A DNA stretch of 63,588 bases, filler included, from Bigelowiella natans CCMP2755 (Eukaryota > Protista > Cercozoa), in assembly GCA_000320545.1 (NCBI GenBank). It is 5 parts of 5 records of this genome, joined end to end, with 100 filler letters (N's around TTAATTAATTAA, not from the genome) between each part and the next. Parts side by side here need not be neighbours in the genome. Positions count along the whole stretch, not along the records: positions 1 to 27,371 come from ADNK01001559.1; positions 27,472 to 49,006 come from ADNK01001515.1; 3 more parts are not named here. The stretch is one strand, 5' to 3'. Positions 24,406 to 35,469 of the stretch are shown one piece after another. Every line of letters starts with the position of its first letter. Position 1 is the first letter of the stretch. Under the pieces are notes generated by a model. It was not told where the DNA came from, ran no database searches, and saw nothing but the letters and a program-made list of their open reading frames with translations. The position numbers were made by a program, and so were the translations under genes.

Positions 24406-24731
24406 TGTTGCGCGTAAGGTGTTCACAGGCCGAGGCGCTACGTGCACAAGTAGGCAGGGGGGGGGAAAGGCACGTTTGCTTCCTTTTGAAGAGTTGTGTT
24501 TATTTTTATTAAAGATTATATTTTTATTAAATCGTGCACTGCGTAATCATTCGCGAAGCTTTCGCGAATGCCGCCGCACGTGGGGCAGCACACTTCCGGT
24601 GTGCTGCCATGAGTCCCGCCGGAACCCACGTGCCTATGCTGTATTAATATCTACGTTATCTATATTCTATATCCGCGACAACCCCTTTGTTGTCGCACGT
24701 GACTTGTGCCCGCGTAGTGGTACGCGCTACA
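24406..24731 (-). repeat. 5' LTR (326 bp)
   Basis: Direct repeat of 19016-19341, followed on the sense strand by the PBS and then the ATG 39 nt from the LTR. Confidence 0.97.
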
Positions 24732-25296
24732 AGGGTTGCTGGCATGTTCACGTGACCGACGTGCAGCAGCTGTGTGACTTTGTCCATCACAGCGCCTGTT
24801 GCGCGAGCCAATCATGCACAGTTGCCAATTGTTCAGTTGCAGCATGGGAACATTGAACAATGAACAATGAACAAAGCGTTGATCAAATCCACATGCGCCA
24901 GAACCACATGGGAGACAGGCGTTCGCATGCAGCAGAGCCTCAACAACACTCGTTGTGAGGACTTGTCAGCACCCTGTTGGTGATGAGACACAAAAACATC
25001 CAACCATGATTTCCTTTTGAAGAATTGTCTCTCTGTTAGATCAATGTGAGTGATGTCAATCAAGCAAATGAGAGCAGCACAGCAGGTGAAATCCATGACA
25101 TTGACGGTGAACTTGGTGAAATCGTCCTCGTAATGGATGAACTAAAAGCTGAACTGAATCCTGAATTCCATCGCAAACTGAGAGATAAACTGATGAAAGT
25201 CCACAATTGTCTAATGAGCGAAGTTGTAGATGGCCATGCTCAACCACCGAAGCACACTTTTCCAACGGCACACAACGTTGTGCAAGAGAGCATCTG

Positions 25297-26546
25297 CTAC
25301 TTCCCCTCACAGTGGGTAGAGTTCCTATCTTTTGAACGACAGCAACTCCACATGTACACATATTTATAACAATGCGGCGGCGGATGTCCATGCTCCTCCA
25401 TCTCATGCCAGTCCCCAGTGTGTCGTTCAGCACAATCTCTGGGACACTTGTTGGCAGAGCAAAGAACACAAAATTGTGTGCCTTGGCACTTGTTTTCTCG
25501 GCAAAGTTCTCCTGATTCTGCCTTTCGTTTCCTTTCCGCTTCTTCTTTCTCAGCTTCGTTTTGTAGCCTCCTTCTTTCTTCTTCTTCTTTCTTCCTTCTT
25601 TGTGCTTCTGCTTTCTTCCTTCTTTCTTCAATGTGCGTTCGAATGTCCACCGATTTCTCCACTGTGAGGTCGTCCAGTCTCTCAACGATGTAGGCACTCA
25701 CCAGCATCTCAGCTTTGTGCTTTCCTTTTTTCATCCTGCCTATCAATCGCTTCCTTTTGAGTTCCTCAGCGATTAGGTTGTGCTGTCTTTCTTCGTCGTT
25801 GATGTTTGCCTTCTCATGTTCATTTCTGAGTCGTGCGATTTCTTCAGTGGTCTTGTTGTGCAGAGTTTGAACAGAATCCGACAACTGAATTTCCGCTTGG
25901 GCGACCGCAATCACAGTTGCTTCGTCCCCGCACTTTCGCAAACAGGAAAGGCTGTGCCCTTTGAAGGACATCCCATCCACTGTGACACTTTCATCGCTCA
26001 ACTGAGACACAACTGACATTTTCCCATCACCGAATTTGCATTTCAGCACAAATTTTTTGTCCATTGGCTTGAAAGCACATTGCTCCATCGTCACTTAATG
26101 AGCGACTTCCAAACTCTTCTGGCCATTCAAAATGTCCCGAGCATCCCTCAATTTGCTACCAACTTTCCTTCCTTCCAACACATCGATGATTTCCTTGATT
26201 TTCTTGCGATGTTTTCCCAAAATGTTTCGCTGTGTCATGATTTCACGGATTATGTCTCGCTTCTCGCACTCACCATCCAACCCTTCGTCATCCTCGCTGT
26301 CTCCATCTTCAATTTCATTCTCCAGTTTCCTCAATGAGTCTCACATTTGGACACATCTTCCTCTCGCTTCTTCAACTCGTGTTTCAAATTTCCTTTCCAA
26401 CACTTAAGATGATTTTCCAGTTGCTTCACTTTCTCGCTTGCAATCTTGTCTTTGTTACTCGTTTGATTCCCAGAAACCAAGCAAGTTCCACCATCTTGAA
26501 CACTCACTTTCCAATCATCTTTTCCCAAGAATTGTGACACAGACAT
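25297..26546 (-). pseudogene. Decayed intronless coding sequence (coiled coil plus Cys/His zinc-binding-like C-terminus), heavily TpA-depleted
   Basis: ORFs 26095-26334 and 25297-26094 are in one frame separated by a single TAA, and 26331-26546 joins by an apparent frameshift. C-terminal HTGDWH..WSCC..THC motif. Tyr is almost absent. Confidence 0.6.
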
Positions 26547-26689
26547 TGTCCTTCCTGTTGCTTGATGTCACCAGTCTGTGCACAGACACAACCTTCTCTG
26601 GTGATTCGCAAGGGCATGTGGAACCTCTCGAACCACATGGGAGACAGGCAAAACCCAGCCAACATGTGAACGCTTCTAGCTCATCTCAC

Positions 26690-27100
26690 ATGTGATTCTT
26701 GCGTGCACAGCTAGCTAGCTAGACAACAACAGTTTTGCATCAATCTAGCAATGCCGCGTGTTCGTCAGTGTTCAGTGACGTTCAGTGTTCTGAGCCACCT
26801 CTGGCTGTGGCTAGGTGGCTAGCTGGTGCGATTTGGCGATGCTGGCCAATTGGGCCTCAACGATCGCAGGTTGGCGTGCAGCGTGCAAGCTAGCAAGCTT
26901 GCAAGCCAGCAAGCCCATGTTCTCTGAAAGTCAGCTAGCTGCTAGCCAGGAAGTGCTGGAGTGCCGGGGCCGCAGCACCACTAGCTAGCTAGACAAACAC
27001 ATGTGTCGCCTAGTAGCACCCAAACGACGCATGCTAGCATGTGTGGTCGCATCGTCACTGCATAGCAATGTTTGATGAACACACGTAAACCACTAGATCA
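26690..27100. repeat. CTAG palindrome-rich, TpA-poor island
   Basis: ctagctagctag at 26711 and 26981; nearly all remaining TpA is in CTAG. Confidence 0.75.
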
Positions 27101-27232
27101 TCATGAATTCACATTGTGTGCTACCAACATTACACAATTCAACGGGTCGTGTGAAGGAAGAACATATATGCGAACACTTTCAGTATTTTTCTCATACATA
27201 GATCTACGAAACGCTCCTCCACTATCTAACTA

Positions 27233-27371
27233 TTACGGCCGCCTCCGCCCCTTTTTAGGCCTTGATTTCTTTTGACCCCCCCCGCCTGATGGGTGCATAC
27301 TCATGCCACCCATGCTGTCCATTTGTTTTATTAGATTAGCGAAGTTTTGCATTCCTCCCATTCTTTGAAGA
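27233..27371 (-). CDS. 3' end of a gene resembling the SRP54 Met/Gly-rich C-terminus; truncated by the gap
   Basis: LQRMGGMQNFANLIKQMDSMGGMSMHPSGGGQKKSRPKKGRRP* resembles eukaryotic SRP54 tails, but the fragment is short. Confidence 0.45.
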
Positions 27372-27471
27372 NNNNNNNNNNNNNNNNNNNNNNNNNNNNN
27401 NNNNNNNNNNNNNNNTTAATTAATTAANNNNNNNNNNNNNNNNNNNNNNNNNNNNNNNNNNNNNNNNNNNN
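27372..27471. other. Assembly gap (N pad with TTAATTAATTAA spacer)
   Basis: 100-nt N block with an all-frame stop linker; same format as the other three gaps. Confidence 0.98.
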
Positions 27472-27743
27472 GGGGAAAAAATGTGCCACCCCCTTCAAAC
27501 ACCCCCCTTCAAGTTCCAAGCACCAATTGGGGGGGAAAAGCCCCCCACCCCCCCAAGTCCCGGGAAAAGTCACCTTTTTTTCCCTTTTGGGGGGGTTAAG
27601 GTGGGGGGGGGGGTACCACCCTAATTTTTAAATAAAGGCGGGGGGAAAATGATATTTGGGAAAGGAAAAAATTCCCCCCCCCTCCCCCCCCCCCCCCCCC
27701 CCTGCTGCTGCTGCTTCCACGCAACATCTTCTCTGCACCTCAG

Positions 27744-27796
27744 GTGAGCGATTGGAACGGAAGGTCTCTAAGCACAGGTGGGTAGTATCATAGCAT

Positions 27797-27847
<51 letters not shown>

Positions 27848-28948
27848 TCTCTTTCTTTCTATGCATGTGCGTGTGTGCGCGTGGAACTCTTCTCTGTGTA
27901 TCCATCATCACCCCAATTGTGTTCTGACTGAATGCTGGTTTGCCGCAGGTGCAGGAACGGTGATGAAGATCAACCCAGACCTCCCGGATGCGAAGAAGAT
28001 AAGGCGGTGGTGGGACTTTGGAGGCCAATCAACAACTCTCAGATCGCTCTCTACAAATCCTGACGGCACACCGGCAATAAGTAATGAATTATTAAACGGC
28101 TATGCTGATAGTAGTCATATTATTGTTGCGTTCATACGATCTTCCTCTAATTGTGATTATTTTCTTTCTTTCTCCCCCCTCCCCCCCCCCTCACTCTCTC
28201 TCCTATCGTCTTTTGTCATTGCAGACGATGACGTGGGGGGCATGAACACGGCAGATTTCGTTCCTCTCTCCAGCTTGGAGGAGGTGATGATAATGATGAT
28301 GATGACGATGATGATGATGATAGAGTCTTTTCTAAGTTCTTCTCTGCGAGGGTACATAGCACTGGTGAAAATGATGATGACCTGCTACTCGATTCTTGTT
28401 GTGATTATCTCATATGCTCGTGCACGCGGTTTGGCTCGGATGAAAGGCGGCTCCCAACTCGGTCGTAGACGTAATCGGAATCGTCAGGTCGGCATCTGAG
28501 GAACAGAAAATCACAAATCGCCAGGGAAAAGAGGTGATGAAGCGAACTGTGGCCGTTGTTGACGACTCGGGCGTGCAGGTGCCATTCTCACCCCACTTCA
28601 CCATATCATCATCATCATCATCGCTCGGGCGATAGAATGTGCGCGACATAAGCAGGCGAGGGGAGGGGGGAATAAATTGCTCTCGTACTCGTCGCATCAT
28701 CATCTTACACTAGTCGCTGTGCAACACACTCCTTCCGTCAGGTGAATGTAGCTATCTGGGGCGAGAGAGCAGGCAGAGAATCGTCAATGGCTACTAGATG
28801 GTCAGAGTGCCCTGTAATCGCTCTCAAGGGTGCTAGGGTACTACTAAGTCCTTCTCACACCCTGCCGCTGCTGCTTTAATCACCGAAACATCAATATTCA
28901 CGTTTGTGTAAACACGCATTTACCAGCATGATATATGTAGAGGCACAC

Positions 28949-28990
<42 letters not shown>

Positions 28991-29118
28991 TCATTCCGTC
29001 TTCAGTAACTTGCATGCACATATCAATACCGCCATGTTAACCAACAAAAAAGGTGAGCGATTATGATGGAAGGACGTTGAGTGTCACCAGCGCAACTCAG
29101 GTTGATTCTTATCATCTC

Positions 29119-29164
<46 letters not shown>

Positions 29165-30586
29165 CTATTTCCTCCTCCACCATAATGGTTTTTAGCAGCA
29201 CCTTGCATTCTGCCAACGCTCTCCGCATCATCGCTCCGGCCATCTGACTCCCTCTAACCCGCCATCATCAGATTGAGCTTGACCCAGCAATTGATAGAGC
29301 AAATACAATGCGTACGTGGTTCGCTAGCCAGGGCAACACGCTGGTGCCGAGGAAGATATCAATCGGCGCAGACGGTAGGAGGCTCGATGAAATAGCAGCA
29401 GGCTTCACGGCGTTTTAGTAGCGTGTTACTGATGATGCGAAATGCAACGACGCGCGCCTTAATGTCCTTTATCTTCCTGGAATAATAAGGTTCTACCGAA
29501 ACGTCGAGCAGGGGGGAGACGCTGAAGCTTGAGAGCATCGAGAAGTTAAATGAAATCATGAATGCCCCTCAGAATGACCCAGACGCCGTGGTTCCAGACT
29601 ATGTTACGCTGAGCGCAAACGTGTCGTTTATTCGGCGAGAGAACCCGTGGTACGCGTGCTGCCCGTCTTCGGAATGCAACGCCAAAGTATGCACACTCAC
29701 CACACAAAGAGTACTGAAGCATGAACAACTAGATTCATCTTCTGTTTTCTAATAGTTCATGTTAGCGTTTCCCTTGGATTTGATTTAGTCCTTTCAGTGA
29801 GGGTGATACGAATTACAACGTGTGTTCTGCTGTAGGTTGTACCCAATGGTGACAACAAGTGGCACTGCGATAAGGACGGCCAGACTTATGATCACAAGAC
29901 CAACCGGTGAGAACCGAACAACGAAAACAATGACTATTCTTCTCTGCGCGTGTTTACACAAACGGAGACGCAGACTTGGGGTGTGTTGATACTATGCATA
30001 CGTTGCAAGTCTTACCGTTCCTTTATACACCTCGATACAGCTACGTGCTTCAAGTTAGTTTACAAGACGAGACTGCGACAGCATGGGCAACGGTTAGTCT
30101 TATTTGTCCATTTCACCCCCTCCAAATCATCGCAGCATCGTTCTTCTTCTCCCCATCCATGAAACACAAATTTCTACTAGGCATTTGGAGATCAGGCCTC
30201 AGTCTTGATGGATGGGGTTGATGCTGATAAGCTCGAACAAACGCAAGACGTAGACCCAGACGCATTTGATATGGCGTTTCAGGTAGGATGCCGAATTGGT
30301 CTATCTAAGACATTATGAGAACTCCGTATTCTGGGTTGTTATCCAACGCGCTGATTGATGCTATTTTTGTGCGGCGCATATTTAGGCAGCCCAAGACAAG
30401 CCATTTATATTTACTCTTAGATTGAAAAGGGATGAATACCAGGAGAGCGTTCGCGTCAGAGCCACCATTGTGAAGATAGTTAAGGACGAAACTGGGCAAA
30501 AGAGTGAAGGGCCGGATGTTGATTTGAACGAGGAGATCGAGAAAGCAAGAAATTCTTTGGAGTATGAGAATGCAGCCGGTGTATGA
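27744..30586 (+). CDS. RPA1: Replication protein A 70-kDa subunit; 5' part lost in the gap
   Basis: VSDWNGRSLST..INPDLPDAKKIRRWW; KRTVAVVDDSG..VAIWGERA..PVIALKGARVSDYDGRTLS; PDYVTLSANVSFIRRENPWYACCPSSECNAK|VV..WHCDKD; LQDETATAWATAFGDQA; FIFTLRLKRDEYQESVRVR. Confidence 0.9.
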
Positions 30587-30749
30587 TATCTAGAATAGAT
30601 TAACACATATCCACAAATATATATTTATTGGAAGACAGATGGCTCATTGATGCTGACATTATAAGTCAAATACATCCCAACCTGTCTTTTCTAAGTTAAG
30701 CCACGTGATTACAATAGACCGTTTATAAATGCATGCATTATGTATGTAT

Positions 30750-31280
30750 TATGCATCAATGGACACAGTTTACATGCTGCATGTACATGCATATACACAT
30801 GCACACATTGCATGTTTCTAGACATTGTGCAAACGTTCCACGGATCACACAGATTGGTACATCGATCAAAATCATTTTGCAGACGTGTGCAAACACTACT
30901 GCGCTTGTTGCCAACACTTCTAGATTAGCTTGCGTCGGAGTAGTGAGTTGATGATGTCACCTGCTTGCAACCCACAATCAATAGGAGCAACACATCATTA
31001 GCGTGGGCGTTGTGAATTCCTCTGAATGCGCAATTCACGAGCACGTGCTGAACTGTTGTAGAGTTGCATGTCACGTTGCTAGCTAGCTAGGTTGCTTGCC
31101 TTGACCCCATGCCATGATGACAATGACACTTATACACTAGACAAAGCACTCCATGTTAGCATGCACTATCTAGCCATGCTAGTATGGCTAGCACGTACTA
31201 GCTACGTTTGTGGTGCTTAGCCAGAATTGAATGCTGCTAGAACTAACGTCAGTGCGTACCAAGCTAGAATGTTGTGATAC
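30750..31280. repeat. CTAG-rich, TpA-poor intergenic island
   Basis: gctagctagctagg at about 31078 and many CATG/TGCA/CTAG palindromes downstream of the RPA1 stop. Confidence 0.65.
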
Positions 31281-31667
31281 ATGTTGCGTTCATGCAGTTT
31301 CGCTATGAAACAAGCAATGTCTACTTTGTTGCTACTTGGTTTCAAAGGGTGCAAGATATGATGATATTTCAGGCCTGCCAATGTATTAATCAATGTTCAT
31401 ACGCTGAGGAAAACCTAAATTTATATTTCGGCGTCGGTAAATTATTACGCTCTGTCGAGCCTGAGGAGAAGGCAGATTCGGTAACGGCGGAGGAGGGGGA
31501 AGCTCATCTGGCATCTGCTCGATCATGGAAGCTGAAACGCTATATCTTCTCGATTCCATCAAAGTCTTTAGTTTGTCACTTGTGAATGGAAGAGGCCTAA
31601 TAAAGTAAACTTTACGAAACATTTTCAATAGGCAATTGAAAGTAGTCGCGCATTATATATTAGGGCT

Positions 31668-33243
31668 CACTGGTGCGGTAGGCTAAGCCGTTGTGAGTTG
31701 CAATTTTCTTTATGCCTGTCCTGAATTCGAGTCTATAAAAATTAGGGGGTCATAGTTATGATGTGAGACCCCAACACTCCAACAAAAAGTTAACTCGACC
31801 CTTTGCACTTTGATTTCGTTATCATCGACTCCTGTGCAAAGTAGCAACTGACTCTTCAATTTCAGATTTTCTTCGGTCATTGCACTGAGCTGGCTTTTAA
31901 GCAGCGCTATCTTCGATTCCATTGTTTCAAGAGTAACTCTCATTGTCACAAGTTCTCTATCTGCATACAAGGTATATATTTAAATGAACCAGATTTGCGT
32001 CATTTGGATGGAAGTAACCTGGGCTATTTCTTTCGGCCACTGTGTCAGAAGTTGCATCAGTAGCATTACTAGCGGATCTGCCTCTACAGAAGGCACTGGA
32101 TTACTTCGATGAAAGTAGACAAAGAAAAATATTCGGTGACCGTGAAGTGGCCCCAAACTCGTCGTCTGTTGTATCTGCACTACTGATGTCAATCTGATTC
32201 AATATTCCTCACTCAATGTTAATTGAAAAACTAGCATGTCCATCAGTTTGACTTACACTGTTATCCCGACGTCGAATTTGCAATATAAGATTTCCATCAT
32301 CTCTTGGCTGGAGAGTTTTGGATTCCATGCCTGGTAAATTTGCAATGTTGTGACACTATCTCTGCTTATTCTACTTATTAGTGATCTTACTCTTTCGAAT
32401 TCCACGGATGCTACGATTTATTCTAGACAGTCGGCTGAGGAAATCAAATGCAGTTTTATCTACTCGCAGGGAATCTTGAAATGACAGGTGCTACTTTCTC
32501 ATGTGATAATTGTTTTCCGCCCTTAATCTTTGTCGATGAGGACTGTTCTTTCGCGAATGGGCATACTCTAAAGAGGCTTCCTCGTCATCTGCAGTGGAAA
32601 TGTTTATCATACAGACTACTCTAGCTGTGCTCGGAGTACCAGAATCTTCATTTGAAAAGAGTAGCCTGTTTTGATCTTTTCTTTCTTCATTCTTCAGCTC
32701 CTGTTCTAAAAGATCTCCCACATGCTTCTTTCTTGGACTTCGAGCTTCACTTAAGCTCTTACTGGTTCGTATTGGGCGAATTGTTCTACCTGAATATTGA
32801 TTTAACCCCATCTTAAGCAGTCAATACTCATCAGTCTAATGTTATTTCTGACCTCTGCTGTCAATTGAAAGCTTCTGTCTTCCATGAAGAGCACGCGGAC
32901 TCAATGGTCGATTCACTTTTGTAATTCCAGCAATCTTTTCCCTATTTCTCTTGAACATCTTCAATCACATATTCGAGAATAGTTAATGAACGTCCCTGAG
33001 AAAGAATGATTTACACGTAAACCTACCTCGCGGCTCTTCAAAGTTCTTTGATTCTTTTTGGATTTCCTCGTGGAATTGATTCTGCTATCGTTGTCTTCTA
33101 TCTTTCCTTTCCTTCTCCTTCCTTTAGTTCTCTCAACCTCCAATAAAAGGATTATGAATTAAACACACAATGCCTTAATTCGATGCACCTTGTAGTATTT
33201 ACCATGAGGAGTGGCGGGGGCGACCGAAGGGACTACTCCTCAT
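31668..33243 (-). CDS. Multi-exon hypothetical protein with a C-terminal coiled coil; 3' end uncertain
   Basis: ATG at 33243 (MRSSPFGRPRHSS), GT-AG bounded basic and Ser-rich exons, and heptads DRELVTMRVTLETMESKIALLKSQLSAMTEENLKLKSQL. Confidence 0.5.
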
Positions 33244-33419
33244 GACGACAAAATGGAAGACATGCAGGGGTCGGGCAGCCAAAACATTGGGAAATGCAGG
33301 GGAATTCTGCCAATAAATTTCATCCCGAAACTACCCAGCATCACACTTTTGAACCGGCAGCACTAATTTGTCCGACAACACCCGCGTCGACACCCAGAGC
33401 AACCGGAAAAGGTCGATGG

Positions 33420-34200
33420 AGGTGGTTTGTTGTTTGGAAGGAAGTGGATGATGACACTATCAGAAGCACCACTGGAATCATTTCATCCATTCATTGTTCG
33501 CTTGGGGAAAGGCATTGCCGATTCTCGCGCTCGCTTTGTTCACGTGGCCTGTGTTCAAACAGTCATGCGCGAGCATGTGTCACGCACCGAGCATGTGTCA
33601 CGCACAGCTGTGCCACACACTGCTAGACTGTGGTGTGATGGCGGCTGGCCATGAAACGTTCCAGCGTGCAGGCGTGGGAATTGTCACCTGAATGCGGTCA
33701 TTGGTTGTTGCCGGATCTTGAGGCAATCCAGCAATCTCCCTCTCATGCACCAGTGCGCACAGTGGCTAAGCCCCTCGCGTGTGCACCACAGATTCCACTT
33801 TCCATCAATCATCGTCGATGAGCGATCAGATGAGAACGTGAGTCTCGCTGCAGCAACAATCGCCGTCTGCACAGTCTCTTGTGTGCGCTAGCCAAACGTG
33901 GTGAGCGCGAAACGCATTGTGCAAGCTGGCATCTTCCATCACCACGCTCTCTAGCTAGCGATGCACATGCGATGCTCACTGCTGCTACGCTAGCTAGCTA
34001 GTCAGAGCACACAAACGCACATCAGACAAACAGGGAAACATGCAGTCTCAGAGTCGGGTCAGTTTATCCGATCACATTTGTGCTCCAGGTTGTTAGCATC
34101 GCAACTTTAATCGAAGCGTGTGCGACGATAAGCGATGCGCTGCTATCTAGCATGTGATTTCGCCATGGCACTTTGCATCTGCATGTTAGGTTTGAAATGT
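33420..34200. other. TpA-depleted intergenic tract ending in a CTAG island
   Basis: Hand count of 4 TpA in 33421-33900; gctagctagctag near 33989. Confidence 0.8.
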
Positions 34201-34358
34201 TCACATTGCAGGAGATTACTCACCAAAGTTTAAATTGATAGGATGGCATCATCTATAATTATTAGAATTTAATGTTTTCCAGGATTTTATTCTCGTTGTC
34301 ACTGCATTTGGAGGTCGATCTCAACGCGACACTATGGTACGATCTTCGGAGTATAACG

Positions 34359-35428
34359 TTTATCCGATAGAGCTGCGGCCCGCTTGAGAGTCATCCTCGT
34401 CATCAATATCGTCAACAGCAACTAGTAGCTCATCCGCTGCAGATCGTACACTGTATCGTGAAAAACAATCATATTAGTTCAAATGTGGAGGGGGAAGAGA
34501 GGAAAGTGTTGACTGAAGTCAAGCATAATTTTTTACCCAGCAACAATTGTAGCCCACATCTTGCGTTCCGAATCGTCAACATTTGCAGCTTGTTTCATGT
34601 CCTCGCACTGTTCAGAAAATTGTTAAAATGTGAAGAATATGAAACTAAAACCTCCGTCACATTCTCTTCACGAAGATCACACCCGAAAATAGGCTAACCT
34701 CTTACATGTTAGCTTGTCTTTAAACTGCACTTACAAACGTATAACTAAATTATCAAACACTCACCCTTGACGCGACTTCCTTGCATCGATTCAAAACGTG
34801 CTCAAATGCATACTTGCTATCCAAAACCTAAATTGCAGTGGGATTAGCGAGCAAATGTAGATGATGGCTATAGTTTCAAAGGAGAGGGAAGAACAAGGGA
34901 AGCACCATAAGGAGCTCTTTTCTGCGGTCTTTCTGCAAAGGGCCTTCCTTCTTTTCCTCAGGAGCAACTAGCTTGACCATGTGCTTAAGAACGATCAAGA
35001 CATTCAGCGCCACCTGGTGATAAAATCAATCGTAAGCGGCATGAACCACTCACAAGAACATACGTTTGTAGAAGAGATGGTGACGACGATAATACTGTTT
35101 TCCTTCGCCAAGTTTTCATCACCTGCAGGCCTTCCGGGTTCATCATATTTTTGAGGACTGTGACAAGGTGTTGCGCTTGTTCTTGAAGGGCATCGTTGAG
35201 GACAGAGGTCTCTGAATCTACCAATGTCCTGAACCTAGCTTTGTTCTCTTGCAGACGGAAGAAAATGGTTCCGAGGCATGCGGAGATGGGAATCAATATG
35301 CGGTAATAGCCACCGTCCTCCTGTGTAAGTGTATGTAGATGAGAAAAAACAAACAAATCGAGATAGTTATAAAAGCAATTCGCGCTGCACATGGACTTTA
35401 ACATCCCACATCTGCAGAAACCTTATAT

Positions 35429-35469
<41 letters not shown>

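Larger units (their letters stand above)
19016..24731 (-). mobile_element. Full-length Ty3/Gypsy LTR retrotransposon (5716 bp), recent insertion
   Basis: Two 326-bp LTRs that look identical by eye, TG..CA ends, 4-bp target-site duplication AGGG (19012-19015 and 24732-24735), PBS and PPT, and a single gag-pol ORF in PR-RT-RH-IN order. Confidence 0.97.

Noticed and set aside
25046-26695. Many overlapping ORFs on both strands suggesting an operon or alternative genetic code
   Set aside because: Explained by loss of TAA/TAG through TpA depletion; host genes use standard stops.
24732-27100. Classical RIP or CpG-methylation decay as the cause of TpG/CpA excess
   Set aside because: RIP increases TpA and 5mC decay removes CpG; here TpA is lost and CpG persists.
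27472-27702. Homopolymer-rich G/C/A/T stretches (also 57530-57870, 59515-59835, 62900-63010)
   Set aside because: They look like low-quality read ends next to gaps or poly-C/G tracts; ORFs and G4 potential there are unreliable.
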